64,000 nucleotides of DNA from Candidatus Bathyarchaeia archaeon (GTDB taxonomy: Archaea > Thermoproteota > Bathyarchaeia > Bathyarchaeales > Bathycorpusculaceae). The stretch spans positions 32,001 through 96,000 of the forward strand of contig JBEKSS010000011.1 in assembly GCA_049516875.1 (NCBI GenBank), written 5' to 3'. This document shows positions 7,725 through 17,914 of the stretch, piece after piece. Positions within the stretch are counted from its first letter, which is position 1. Every line of letters begins with the position of its first letter. A program made the translations under genes and the position numbers. Below the pieces are notes generated by a model. The model was given only the letters and a program-made list of their open reading frames with translations, had not been told where the DNA came from and did no database searches.

Positions 7725-10451
7725 CTATGGGTCGTTGCCTGGTGCGTTCATGTTGAAGCGCGCTACTGTTCCTGCTATGTCTTTCATGTTGCTGACGCGG
7801 TCTCCGTAGGGATCAACGCAGCCGTTTGCACCGTACACTCCGACCCATTTTGGATCTAGGACGGTTGAAGTTGGTGCTTTGGCGTTGAAGTGGACGACGA
7901 GGTATGCGATGTCTTTCATGTTGATTTTTCCGTCTGAAACGCCCACTGTTGAGCCGCTGACGTCGTACCACGGAGTGTCTTGCTTCCAGATAGTGTACGC
8001 ATGCTCACCTGGGTACAGCGCGTCATAGTACCAGCCTTTAACCCAGTAGTTGCACCAATGTCCGCCTGTTGGCGTGGCGACTGTGAAGCTTGGACAATCA
8101 TTGTAGTATATCTGCTGCAATTGGTTGTACAATGCCTGTCTTGCCATGTATCCGGGAGAGCCTAGACCAGCGCTGTCGTCAGTGAACAGGGCCTGGTCTA
8201 TCAGTGCGTCTTTCTGAGTGCTCCCACCGTTCGCAGCCGTGTAGCCCTGGAGGCTGGCAAAGAATCCATTACTATGCATGTATGCACGCACAAAGTCGTC
8301 GGCATCCGCAAAGTCTGCAAGCCAGCGGACGTCGAACATCGGCAGGTTCTGGGCATAAAAGTCGGTGATGAACGTGTTCCAGCTGATTGGTGCTAAGTTG
8401 ATGGTGAAGGTGCCTGCTGGACCAAACGGTCCAGTACCGAACATGGTCTGTAGTGTTGTGAAGAAGGTCTGTATCTCGGTGCATGCGGTCTGTCGCGCGC
8501 TGTTTCCGGTGTTGTATGGCAAAGTGAATGTGAAGCCCCATTGCCACAAGCTCTTAGTCACGCCGCCTACCGTGAAGGTCGCGCTCGTCAAGCAGGTGAA
8601 TGCTGCGAGGTAGTTCATGTTGTAACCGCTGGAGGCCCAGTTGTAGTAGTCGGGGTACAGGCCTTCTACGAACGGGTTGACCCTGTTCACCTGGGCCGCG
8701 CCAAACAAAGCATTAGTGATGTACTGCGTCTGGCTGAACGAGTAGGCAAAGGCTTTTCTAACGTTCGTATTGCTGAAGAAGTTGGTTGGAATTCCTGTGG
8801 GCAAACTCCCAGTTCCGATGTATGGGCTGGCGGGGTTTATAACGAAGGTGAACATGTTCGCATCCAGCATTAGCTCCGGCGCTACGCGCTGGATAGTCTT
8901 CACGCTTGGGACCAATGGCAGTCCGTTCGACCCAACCATGAGAGGCAGGGCAGACATCGGGATTATCGCAGTGTCGAGTGCGCCCGAGTTAAGTAAACTT
9001 GCCCTCGTAGCGTCAGATGCGATGTACGCTATGTTGACCGTGTCCACGTAGCCGTTGGTTGCCGTGGGGATGTTCGGTGGGCTAGCAGGATCGCCGCATG
9101 GGTTGCCGTAGGGATCCGTTGCTGGCCATCCTCTCCAGTAGCCTGGGTTCCTCTGCAGAATCACTTGTCCGGCTACGCTGTTAATCGTCTGCACGTAGTA
9201 CGGACCTGTGCCGCAGTACCTGTTCGGCTGAAGAGGTTGATCCACTGGATCTAGGCTCTTCTGGGCCGCACCGAATCGCGCCCAGTCCATCCACCAGTCC
9301 GGGTACACTAAGCATCCCGTTCCAGGATATTGCAGTGCTGGTGCCTTGCGTCCTGTGATACGAGTCGAGACTGCGGTGGGACTTTGCATGTACTTTGACG
9401 TGTCGTACAGGTTTCCGTTCCAAGCGCCCAGGTTGTTAATCGCGTAGGCGCTGCTTATGACGTCCATGAACGTGTTGGCAAGGTTTTGCTTGAAGGCGTT
9501 GTCTGGGAATCTGTCGCCCACGTTGATGATGAGGTTGTTGCCGCTGACTTGATATGCATCGTCAATCAGGTGAGCCAGGTCCATCAGGTTCGGGTGACCA
9601 GCCGCGCTTGGATTTGCTGATTCAGTATTAGCCCAGTAAAGGTGGTTTGTTGCGTCGTTGAAAAGTGGCAAGTCCATTATCCAGTTTGGAGCAAACGCGC
9701 AGTCCATAACTGAATAGTAGCTGAAGCTGTACTTGACATCGGCAATGGAGAACTGGCCCTGTTGGATGCCTTGGTAGTTGTAGAAGTATATTGGTGGGGT
9801 TGTGCGGATGTTGAACGTGTAGTATCCACGCCACAAGGTCAACGTGTAGGTTCCTGACGCGTAGGTCATGGCGTCAACGGTCCAGGTGCGCCATGTGTTC
9901 GCGACGAAGTCTTTTAGGTAAACGTTGTCGCCCGCGTCGAACACGAGGTCTGCGTTCTGGTCAACCCAGCCGGTGCCGAGGAATGGACCGGTTTCGGGTG
10001 AGTTTCCAGAGACGAAGGTGAAGGTTGCGCCTGTCGGACTATTACCATATGCTGTGGCGAGGTTATTGGTGGTGACCGTCATTACATACGAACTTCTGGT
10101 TGGAACGTTCGTGGCCAGCACCGGGTTGAAGTTGAAGTAGAGTTCTCCGTTATTTGGTGATAGAGACGGAAATGGGTTAACACTGCCCGCCCATTGTGTC
10201 CCTCCTTGCGGTAAAGTCCCGAACTCGATTAGGCCCTCGTAAACGTTGAACAGGAGTTCTCCACTGGCGGTGTCGTAAGCGACGCCTGGGTCAGCATCAA
10301 TCGGACCCCAACCGGTGTCGCCTACATAGTACGTGGTTGTGTTAATCGGCGGCTGGGCAGGAGGGACAGAATGGACTTTCGCTTGCGGAGCAACGATTGG
10401 AAGCAACATTATAGCCACAGCAAATATCGCAATCAAAAATAGTTTCTTCAT
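7725..10451 (-). CDS. ABC transporter substrate-binding protein, family 5 (Opp/Dpp-like), with C-terminal dockerin-like domain
   Basis: Signal peptide; DPGVAYDTASGELLFNVYEGL, GTGPY, RNPGYW, VRKAFAYSF, WLADFAD; tail DGKINMKDIAYLV...DRVSNMKDIA. Confidence 0.85.
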   Translation of the reverse strand: MKKLFLIAIFAVAIMLLPIVAPQAKVHSVPPAQPPINTTTYYVGDTGWGPIDADPGVAYDTASGELLFNVYEGLIEFGTLPQGGTQWAGSVNPFPSLSPNNGELYFNFNPVLATNVPTRSSYVMTVTTNNLATAYGNSPTGATFTFVSGNSPETGPFLGTGWVDQNADLVFDAGDNVYLKDFVANTWRTWTVDAMTYASGTYTLTLWRGYYTFNIRTTPPIYFYNYQGIQQGQFSIADVKYSFSYYSVMDCAFAPNWIMDLPLFNDATNHLYWANTESANPSAAGHPNLMDLAHLIDDAYQVSGNNLIINVGDRFPDNAFKQNLANTFMDVISSAYAINNLGAWNGNLYDTSKYMQSPTAVSTRITGRKAPALQYPGTGCLVYPDWWMDWARFGAAQKSLDPVDQPLQPNRYCGTGPYYVQTINSVAGQVILQRNPGYWRGWPATDPYGNPCGDPASPPNIPTATNGYVDTVNIAYIASDATRASLLNSGALDTAIIPMSALPLMVGSNGLPLVPSVKTIQRVAPELMLDANMFTFVINPASPYIGTGSLPTGIPTNFFSNTNVRKAFAYSFSQTQYITNALFGAAQVNRVNPFVEGLYPDYYNWASSGYNMNYLAAFTCLTSATFTVGGVTKSLWQWGFTFTLPYNTGNSARQTACTEIQTFFTTLQTMFGTGPFGPAGTFTINLAPISWNTFITDFYAQNLPMFDVRWLADFADADDFVRAYMHSNGFFASLQGYTAANGGSTQKDALIDQALFTDDSAGLGSPGYMARQALYNQLQQIYYNDCPSFTVATPTGGHWCNYWVKGWYYDALYPGEHAYTIWKQDTPWYDVSGSTVGVSDGKINMKDIAYLVVHFNAKAPTSTVLDPKWVGVYGANGCVDPYGDRVSNMKDIAGTVARFNMNAPGNDP

Positions 10452-10657
10452 TGTTTATTCTCCTTCTCTCTCCTTAATTTCGCTAGACAAGAGTGTGTTT
10501 TTCGAAGATATAGACTTTGTGAAACAATGTTACATATGAAATGGAACACGGCCTAGAACAAAAAAAACGAGAATTGCTGGGCATTCGGGTTTTTCAATTT
10601 CTGCGCGACCCTCGTCTCTTCCAGCTGGCTCCCAGCATGCTCATTGGCTAACCAGTT

Positions 10658-12374
10658 CTACTCGTGTTGGTTGAAGTAGTAGACGGCTATTGCTATGTCT
10701 TTCATGTCGACTACGCCATCGTTGTTCACGTCTGCGTTCGGGTCCCAGTTTGACTTGTTCGGCTTGGTCTGGAAGAGGCTGACAAGGTAGGCGATGTCCT
10801 TCATGTTCGTGATTCCGTCGTACACTCCGGGAGTCGTGCTGGACACGTCGCCTGGAACGCCCACGTGAACTGGAACGCTGCACGTGAAATTGTTGTTCGC
10901 CGTGTCTGTTTCTCCCGGAACAGGCCAAGCGTAAGCACTTAACGTGTAGTTGCCGTGGGCAAAGCCTGTTGTGTTCCACGTGAAAACAAGTTGCGCAGAA
11001 TTTCCGCTTGGAAGGGCAGTGACTTCTTGCTTTCCTATCGAGGTTCCGTTGACGTAGACCGTGACGTTGAAGGTTTCTTGGTAGCTGCCTTGGTCTGCTA
11101 CCGTGACGTTTATGCTCGCACTGAAGCCTTGAGCGACAACAGTCTTGGAAGACGCAACATTGGTGACGGCTACATCATCGCCTCCTGGCGCGCTCGCGCC
11201 AAAAGCATAAACATGCTGGGAGGAGCCTTCGTATACCACGCCGCCAACAACAGCAGGAGAAGAATACGGGCCACCAACCCCCCCTTCGGTTGCGTAGCTC
11301 CATATCAGCTCTCCCGTCGTGGCGTTCAAAGCAACAAACTTACCGTGGTCAAGAGTTAAGCCTATGTATACGACGCCGTCAGCAACAGCAGGAGAAGACA
11401 TAACGTCATCGCCGGTTCAAAGCATAAACCTTGTTGTCTTCTGAGCCTACGTAGACGACGCCGTCAACAACAGCAGGAGAAGACACCACAAAATCGCCGG
11501 TTGTGTAGTTCCATATCAGCTCTCCCGTCGTGGCGTTCAAAGCATAAACATTATCGTCGTATGAGCCTACGTAGACCACGCCACCAGTAACAGCAGGAGA
11601 AGACCACACCCCACCGTCGGTTGTGTAGCTCCATATCAGCAGTCCCGTCGTGGCGTTCAAAGCATAAACCGTGCCGCCGTTCGGATAGAATGAGCCTACG
11701 TAGACCACGCCACCAGTAACAGCAGGAGAAGAATACACCCCACCGTCGGTTGTGTAACTCCATATCAGCAGTCCCGTCGTGGCGTTCAAAGCATAAACGT
11801 TACCGTCGAATGAGCCTACGTAGACCACGCCACCAGTAACAGCAGGAGAAGAATACACCCCCGAACTGCCGGTTGTGTAGTTCCATATCAGCTCTCCCGT
11901 CGTGGCGTTCAAAGCATAAACGTTACCGTCGACTTGGCCTGATTCGTTAAAGGTCGAGCCTACGTAGACGACGCCGTCAGCAACAGCAGGAGAAGACTCC
12001 ACCGAACCGCCCGTTGTGTAGCTCCATATCAGCAGTCCCGTCGTGGCGTTCAAAGCATAAACCTTGTCGTCGTCACGGTTTGAGCCTATGTATAGGACAC
12101 CGCCAGCAACAGCAGGAGAAGAACTAACCGTACTGACGGTTGTGTATATCCAGAGAGTTTGGTTTGTGTTCGGCGCCGTTGAAGTGGAGTAGCCGGTGTG
12201 CGTCAGGTCATGGTGGAACATGGTCCACCAGTCCGTGGGATCTACGGTGGACTGTGACCCAAGAAGTCTGGGGCTGCCATGAGAATCGGCTGCTCCAGAG
12301 AGACTACTCAAGGGAAATACTGACACAAAGAACAACAAAACCAAGACGAAACTAACAACCGCTTTATTCCTCAT
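10658..12374 (-). pseudogene. PQQ-propeller/CARDB/dockerin surface protein, frameshifted near 11415
   Basis: ORFs 11406-12374 and 10658-11401 are consecutive parts of one gene. Versus sibling repeats, about 35 nt are missing between two AAC triplets (TTGAAC|CGGCGAT on minus). Confidence 0.8.
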
Positions 12375-12418
12375 TTTCCCTACCCTTCCCCCATCTTCCC
12401 TAACGCGCGCTCATCAAA

Positions 12419-12545
12419 CAGTGTAACCGACAACCTACTTAAGACTTGTGAGACAATGTTTCACGCTGGTTTACACCGGACGCTCTGGGCGTCTGCCGTC
12501 GGCCACGAATGCGCCATGAGGAACGGACACGGATGAAACGCGTTC
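12419..12545. repeat. Conserved upstream element of PQQ-propeller genes, copy 2
   Basis: Matches 4020-4149. Confidence 0.85.
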
Positions 12546-12706
12546 ACGCACGAGCAAATATTATCATAAAGAGTGCTTCGACTCGTTGTTTGCCTGAATT
12601 GATGGGCGCGCGCGTTGCAACTTTCTTTTTCGTCTTGCTTGCTCTCAAAAATTCAAGCCTGAGCTTTAAATCAGTGGCAGCCAAACGTTCTTTTGAGGCT
12701 CAAAAG

Positions 12707-13018
12707 ATGCCAGAAATCGAAGAAAGAACGAAAACCTGCCACGAATGCGGGTTAGAGAGCATAGACGACTGCGAAACTACGAAAAAACACATTCCGGATG
12801 ACGAAAACTTTGCGCCTTGCGTTTACTGCGTCAGAAACCATTTAGAGCATACGCCGACGAACTGGCGTGCCGATTTCTATTCTGAGAGATGGTATCGAGA
12901 TGCTGACAAGGCTCCACACATAGACGACCCAGACCCGCACGAGAGGCAACTTTTACAAACTTTACACGAAATCGTCCAAAAAGAATATGCCAAGTTACCG
13001 GAGGTGACTACGAGTTGA
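12707..13018 (+). CDS. Small Cys-rich (CxxC...CxxC) hypothetical protein
   Basis: MPEIEERTKTCHECG...CVYC; upstream TATA-like CTTTAAAT. Confidence 0.6.
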   Translation: MPEIEERTKTCHECGLESIDDCETTKKHIPDDENFAPCVYCVRNHLEHTPTNWRADFYSERWYRDADKAPHIDDPDPHERQLLQTLHEIVQKEYAKLPEVTTS

Positions 13019-13386
13019 CTTCCCCTTTAGATGCAAAAGTCATAAACGGAAAACTTGACAGCGGCAAAGTAAAGCCTGACAAACGTGCCAAGCCCCTCCC
13101 CTTAAGAGAGCCAGACAAGAATCCCCTCCCCCACGAAGAACCGAAAGAAGCCCCTGCAGAAATCGAGAAAGTCAAAGCTAGCAAGCCGAAGACTACGAAG
13201 AAAACCGACAAGAAGACGACGACGCCGAAAGAAATCAACTTCCCGCAGCCAGCGTTCATTAACGACTACGGCTTCTTGAAAATCAAGAATGGAATACTCG
13301 AAAAGATCGGCTGGCCGCTAAAGACGCATATCGACCTGCTCATCGATTTCAAAGATGGCGCGCTCGTCGTTAAGAAGAAACCTTAA
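13015..13386 (+). CDS. Lys/Pro-rich protein with C-terminal AbrB/SpoVT-like domain
   Basis: C-terminal AFINDYGFLKIKNGILEKIGW...IDFKDGALVVKK; T-rich terminator follows. Confidence 0.55.
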   Translation: MTSPLDAKVINGKLDSGKVKPDKRAKPLPLREPDKNPLPHEEPKEAPAEIEKVKASKPKTTKKTDKKTTTPKEINFPQPAFINDYGFLKIKNGILEKIGWPLKTHIDLLIDFKDGALVVKKKP

Positions 13387-13553
13387 ATTCCCCTCTTTTT
13401 TTATTCGATTTTGTGGTAAGATTGACTGTAAGTGTCTGAGTTTACACTGCCAGTTTAATCAAAAACCACTTATTAAAGACTTAGTTCAAGAAGGATCGAA
13501 CGCAAAGCTAGTAGTAGAGTCAGCAACGTGACCTTGTCAGATTGGCCCGGAGA

Positions 13554-13653
13554 AGCCCGGTGGAGGGAAGGATACCTTTCCGCCGACTGTAGTGGACAAG
13601 CATAGCGGGCTTTGGACCCGCCGACGAGAGTTCGAATCTCTCCCGGGCTACCA
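13554..13653 (+). tRNA. tRNA-Gln(UUG) with 24-nt intron at position 10/11 (13564-13587), CCA encoded
   Basis: Acceptor AGCCCGG/CCGGGCT, anticodon arm GCGGG-CTTTGGA-CCCGC, T-arm GAGAG-TTCGAAT-CTCTC; the intron forms a bulge-helix-bulge-type motif. Confidence 0.9.
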
Positions 13654-13857
13654 CTTCTTAAGCGACAATTCATACTTTTTTTGAGGCTGGTTTTCACGGA
13701 TTTCTTTAAGCATCTGCTGTCGCAAGGCGGCGGTTAGCTGAGCCAATTGTTCCTGTTCTGGTTGGTTCTGTTCGATTACGGTTCTGTGCGGTTGCGTCAT
13801 TGCGTCGCGAGTCAGAATCTCGTCGGGGTTTAGGCCCCATGCCCGTATGATAAGCTT
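13648..13857 (-). pseudogene. C-terminal remnant of a probable tRNA-targeting integrase
   Basis: KLIIRAWGLNPDEILTRDAMTQPHRTVI...LKKW*, with the stop overlapping the tRNA 3' end; resembles tails of archaeal tyrosine recombinases (recalled, not searched). Confidence 0.5.
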
Positions 13858-14289
13858 CTGCCACTGTTGGCAGCGGCAATCTTGCTGGGCATAATAATCG
13901 CGGTCGGACTAATCGCCCTGATAATACCGGGAATAATACTGGCTCTAATGTTCTCGCTGACGATCTCAGCTATCATGATCGAGAACGTGGGAGCTATCGA
14001 AGGAATGTCCAGAAGCAGAGCGCTGGTGAGTCACGGATGGCTCAAGACATTCGCTATACTCCTCATAATAGGCATAATACTGGCTATAGTCTCATACATT
14101 GCAGGTTTAATCGCGAGCCCCCTCGGAAGCTACAGTTGGATTTTGAGCAGCATCATATCGGCCTTGATAGCACCTATACTGCCCATAACCCTAACAGTCC
14201 ACTACTACTCAATGCGCGCAAAAGAACAATCAGCAACACCAACACAGACTCCATCGCAAGACACCGTCAAGACTAACCCCACAATTTAG
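13852..14289 (+). pseudogene. 5'-truncated integral membrane protein
   Basis: LIIPGIILALMFSL...IENVGAIEGMSRSRALV; begins mid-helix at AAGCTT with no proper N-terminus. Confidence 0.6.
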
Positions 14290-14428
14290 CCCATCATACA
14301 CGACCAACACCTGTCAAGTCTACTCTTTCAAACCCCAGCAAACTGCATCGCAGACCTTTTTTTCTTGAGGAAGAAAACACCCATTCCACAACATAGTAGT
14401 GCGCGTTTATCTGTCATTCCAGTTGTCG

Positions 14429-14881
14429 CTATTCTATTTCCTTGGTTTTTGGAAAGAGTTCCTTTATCTTCTTTATGAATTTGTTTTCAAAGTCAAGAGC
14501 TTCCATCGTGTCAGTTATTTCTTCCACATCCTCGTCAGAAACGTACTTGGCGGGTTTACCGGTTAGTTCGTCGAGAGCGAGCCCACATGAGTATATTATG
14601 GTACCTTCTTCTGACGGCGAAATCACCACGTGCACTCCTGATCGTTGTGCTGCTTTGACGTACTGTTGCAGACTGAACGGATACAGTAGGGCCCTCAACG
14701 TCAAGGGCACTAGCGCGCCTTCTCCGGCAAGCACTGTTGTAATTCCCTCTTCGGTTCTTTCTGTTTTCATGACCTTCAAGCCCATTTCCTTGAAAGCTTT
14801 CTGGCAGGCCAAAGCCACATCATCAACCTTGGCATCTGGCACTAGAAGTCTCCTTTCCAAACAAACAGCTTCATGACTCAT
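14429..14881 (-). CDS. Hypothetical protein
   Basis: 150-aa ORF, ATG start, globular composition. Confidence 0.7.
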   Translation of the reverse strand: MSHEAVCLERRLLVPDAKVDDVALACQKAFKEMGLKVMKTERTEEGITTVLAGEGALVPLTLRALLYPFSLQQYVKAAQRSGVHVVISPSEEGTIIYSCGLALDELTGKPAKYVSDEDVEEITDTMEALDFENKFIKKIKELFPKTKEIE

Positions 14882-15129
14882 TCAAGAAAGCACCACAGTC
14901 AATGACCTCTCCCCCTTCTTATTACGTTTTCTAGTCATGATTCGCTAACGCGAGGACGCGCTCTGGCAACCGCCAGTTCCGCTCTGGAGTTTGAAGCGCA
15001 GTTGCCTACTTTCTTCTAAGGAGAACCAGGATAGCATGATCGTTTGAGTTACAGTAGAACCCGACAGAACAATCCTCTATAAAACAGTTCCAGAAGACGT
15101 ATTTGCCGTGACGTTCCAAGGTTAGGGCG

Positions 15130-15238
15130 GCGCATGCGGATTCTTCATCTCAGTGATGGCACCACGCTCACCCCAAGCAGGGGGAGATGGGAAAAACAAA
15201 AGCAATTGTCGCCATCATTCTCACAGATCCGCATGCGC
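15130..15238. other. Long-range inverted repeat / candidate structured RNA
   Basis: Perfect 12-bp IR GCGCATGCGGAT (15130-15141) / ATCCGCATGCGC (15227-15238) enclosing the inner stem TGATGGC/GCCATCA. Confidence 0.4.
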
Positions 15239-15375
15239 TACGCTATCATGGGCATGAGTCTCTGCAGCTATTGTTCGCATGCTTGATTCAACTCTTCAGT
15301 CTTGCACAAGTAGTGGTCACAAGGAGTAGAACGTGCGTAACGGTAGCTCGATAATGTGACAAAAAAAAGAGGCGG

Positions 15376-15880
15376 TTATGGGTAGTGCTTGTTGTATTTC
15401 ATTACTGTCAAGACGATGTCTATCACGTTTGTCCTGAGGTCGGCGTTGAGGTCGGTGTATGGATTCCAGCGTGGCTCAAACGGAACGCCATTGAACGCGT
15501 TTACGAGTGCGGCAATGTCTTTCATGTCGATTTTTCTGTCACCGTTTATGTCCGCCGTCAACAGGTCCGTTGACACCGCGTTGATTAATGGATATTCGTC
15601 TTGGTTGAGTCCGTCAGCTGTAACATTGTACGGTGTATCGCCTAACACGTCGCCGTTGCTGTCTTTGCCACCCTGTGCAGTGACGTAGTCGCTCCAATAG
15701 TTTCCACCACTCTCGGGAGCAGTACCGTTGTTCCAAGTGTCCATAGCGTTTACCGCAAGCACTAGCGGCGTGTCGCCTATGATGTTGTTGTGGTATATCG
15801 CGTTGCCTTGGCTGAAGACATCAACTATGCATATTTGATTTAGGCCGCTAGTTATGTTGTTCTGAGCAAAGTTGTTCGCG
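15376..15880 (-). pseudogene. 5'-truncated NosD-like beta-helix protein with dockerin-like tail
   Basis: The frame stays open upstream of the tracked ORF (NNFAQNNIT...NAIYHNNII...GGNYWSDY...DINGDRKIDMKDIA) up to a (CG)5 tract at 15877-15886; no start codon or signal peptide. Confidence 0.75.
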
Positions 15881-16111
15881 CGCGCGATTTAAGCTTTTTT
15901 GGAACATTGTTCTATGCTTGCGAACGCGCGCCACTCCCAGAAAACAAAATCAACTCAGAACCGTTCTCCCACCCATGCAACAACCCTAAATCCCCCCTTC
16001 CAAAGCCCCAAACCTCACCCCACCAAACTCAAACACACCAAAACCACCACCAGAAACCACCTGCACAAACAATCTAACAACTCACAACAACACCCAACAA
16101 GCCAGTTTTGG

Positions 16112-16296
16112 GCCTCAGAAAAATCACGGATTGAGTACTCAAACACAATGCCAACTCTAACATGAGAAACTCAACGCCCGAAACTTTTGACACTCAAAGA
16201 CCTCGCAGAATTGAGTAAAAAAAGCTTCAAACCAACATGCTTCAACAATGTTTTGACACTCAAAGAAATCACGGATTGAGTACTCAAAAGCAAGGC
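16112..16296 (+). repeat. Dispersed ~190-bp non-coding repeat, copy 1
   Basis: 23-nt direct repeats AAATCACGGATTGAGTACTCAAA at 16121 and 16266; highly similar to the reverse complement of 24176-24363. Confidence 0.85.
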
Positions 16297-16489
16297 TTTT
16301 CTCACCAAGATGTCCACCAATTCACCAACGTCGGCCCTGAGAAGAAAATGTCTGCGTCTGCGTGGATAAAACGGCCCTAGGCGCAACGCCGTTTCTGCGC
16401 GCGGGCAAGGTTTGATACCCGTCTGTCGCATAGTAGGCAATGAACAGGGCTGGCAACGTGGGCTAAGTCATAAAAAAAAAGAAGAGGTT

Positions 16490-17914
16490 TTAGAGATGTT
16501 TGTTGAAGTTCATGACGGCGATTACTATGTCTTTCATGTCGATTCTGCCGTCCGCGTTTATGTCCATGAACGGATTGTACCGAGGTGTTCCGGCGAAGGC
16601 ATTGAACGATGGCAGCATAGCCATAATGCCCTTGAAGTTAACGACACCAGTATTGAGGACGTCTCCAGGCAGCATCACATAAATGTTGCCGTAGGTTACG
16701 TTGTTGTCTGCAGGCGTAGGGTCAGTCGGCAAATCAGCGAACGCGCTGAGCGTGTAGTTGCCTATCACCCATCCAGTCGTGTTCCACGCGAACGTTAGAG
16801 TTGCGTTGTTGTTTGGGCTAAGACCAGTTTCAGTTTGAAGTGGCGCCGCCTGCGTTCCGTTAGCGTAGATTGAGACGCCAAAGGTTTCACTGAACCCTCC
16901 AGAGCCGTCGTTAGTCACCGTCACACTCACGTTCAACGAAAATCCTTGACCAACAGAAGCAGGGTTCAAAGGAACAATCTTCAAAATAGCCACATCATGC
17001 CCAGCCCCTTCTTGTATGATTTGGACTGTACCGAACGGAAAGTTGTTGTCTGCTGGTGTGGGATCTCCCGGCAAGTCTGCTGTCGCATTGAGGGCGTAGC
17101 CGCCTAACGCAAATCCATTCGTGTTCCATATGAAGGTCAGTGTCGTACTGTTACCAGAGGGCAAGGCCGTTGCTGTCTGGTTGGGTGCTGCTTGCACCGA
17201 GTTAACGAAGACCGCCACGTTAAAAGTCTCTGTGAAGCCCCCAGTGTTTGTCACCGTCACGTTCACGTTCAACGAAGAGCCGTTAACAACACTGGTCCCG
17301 TTAGTCACAATCTTCGTCACGGCGACATCATGCTTTGGCCCCGATGGCCCAGTGTAGCTGTAACTAGCACCGACCACATCAGGCAAAATCGTGAGCAGCC
17401 CCCTCAGCAGGTACGTATCTCCATTTGGGGTGGGGGGTTTAGGTTCGAAGTCAATATTGCATGAAACCTGCCCAACCACATTAATTATCTTCAAAGTCAA
17501 CACTGCAAGCCTTCCTGAGCCGTTGAAAGATGCTGCACCAACGCCGACGTTTGCGCCACCAACAGCAAGCCCCGGCTGACTCAAATCAAAGGCTGGTATT
17601 GGTCCGTCGTATGCAAACACATTGTCCGAAGGAAGTACCATTTTGACCCCCTCAAGAAGCGTTTGATCCCAAGTGATGCCCACTTGCCAGCCCGACACCA
17701 GCGTAGCATTGGTGATGGTTACGTTTATGTCAAAAGTGTCTCCGAGAATTTTCTGGGCAGGTGTGAAGTTGAAGTTGCTTGACCCATCAAGAGGATTGAT
17801 TAAGGCAATTGTTGCGCCCGCCGCTGCACGCACTGGGATAGCGATTCCCGCCGCGCTTGCAAGAAACATTGCAATCAAAACACAAACCAGAATCTTGTTC
17901 AACCTGTATTTCAC
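16490..17914 (-). CDS. Secreted cohesin + 2x CARDB + dockerin-like protein
   Basis: Signal peptide; cohesin-like GDTFDINVTITNATLVSGWQVGITWDQTLL...GSGRLAVLTLKI; two HDVAV/I CARDB units; GDVLNTGVVNFKGI / DINADGRIDMKDI. Confidence 0.75.
   Translation of the reverse strand: MKYRLNKILVCVLIAMFLASAAGIAIPVRAAAGATIALINPLDGSSNFNFTPAQKILGDTFDINVTITNATLVSGWQVGITWDQTLLEGVKMVLPSDNVFAYDGPIPAFDLSQPGLAVGGANVGVGAASFNGSGRLAVLTLKIINVVGQVSCNIDFEPKPPTPNGDTYLLRGLLTILPDVVGASYSYTGPSGPKHDVAVTKIVTNGTSVVNGSSLNVNVTVTNTGGFTETFNVAVFVNSVQAAPNQTATALPSGNSTTLTFIWNTNGFALGGYALNATADLPGDPTPADNNFPFGTVQIIQEGAGHDVAILKIVPLNPASVGQGFSLNVSVTVTNDGSGGFSETFGVSIYANGTQAAPLQTETGLSPNNNATLTFAWNTTGWVIGNYTLSAFADLPTDPTPADNNVTYGNIYVMLPGDVLNTGVVNFKGIMAMLPSFNAFAGTPRYNPFMDINADGRIDMKDIVIAVMNFNKHL

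Noticed and set aside
840-12374. Diversity-generating retroelement acting on propeller or dockerin repeats
   Set aside because: No reverse transcriptase in the window; differences between repeats are not limited to adenines and include indels.
16112-16296. Mini-CRISPR array
   Set aside because: Only two repeats; the ~122-nt interval is too long for a spacer and is conserved in the second copy; no cas genes.
15899-16440. ORFs overlapping the C/A-rich tract and 190-bp repeat
   Set aside because: Low-complexity open frames; the reading frame is not preserved between the two repeat copies.
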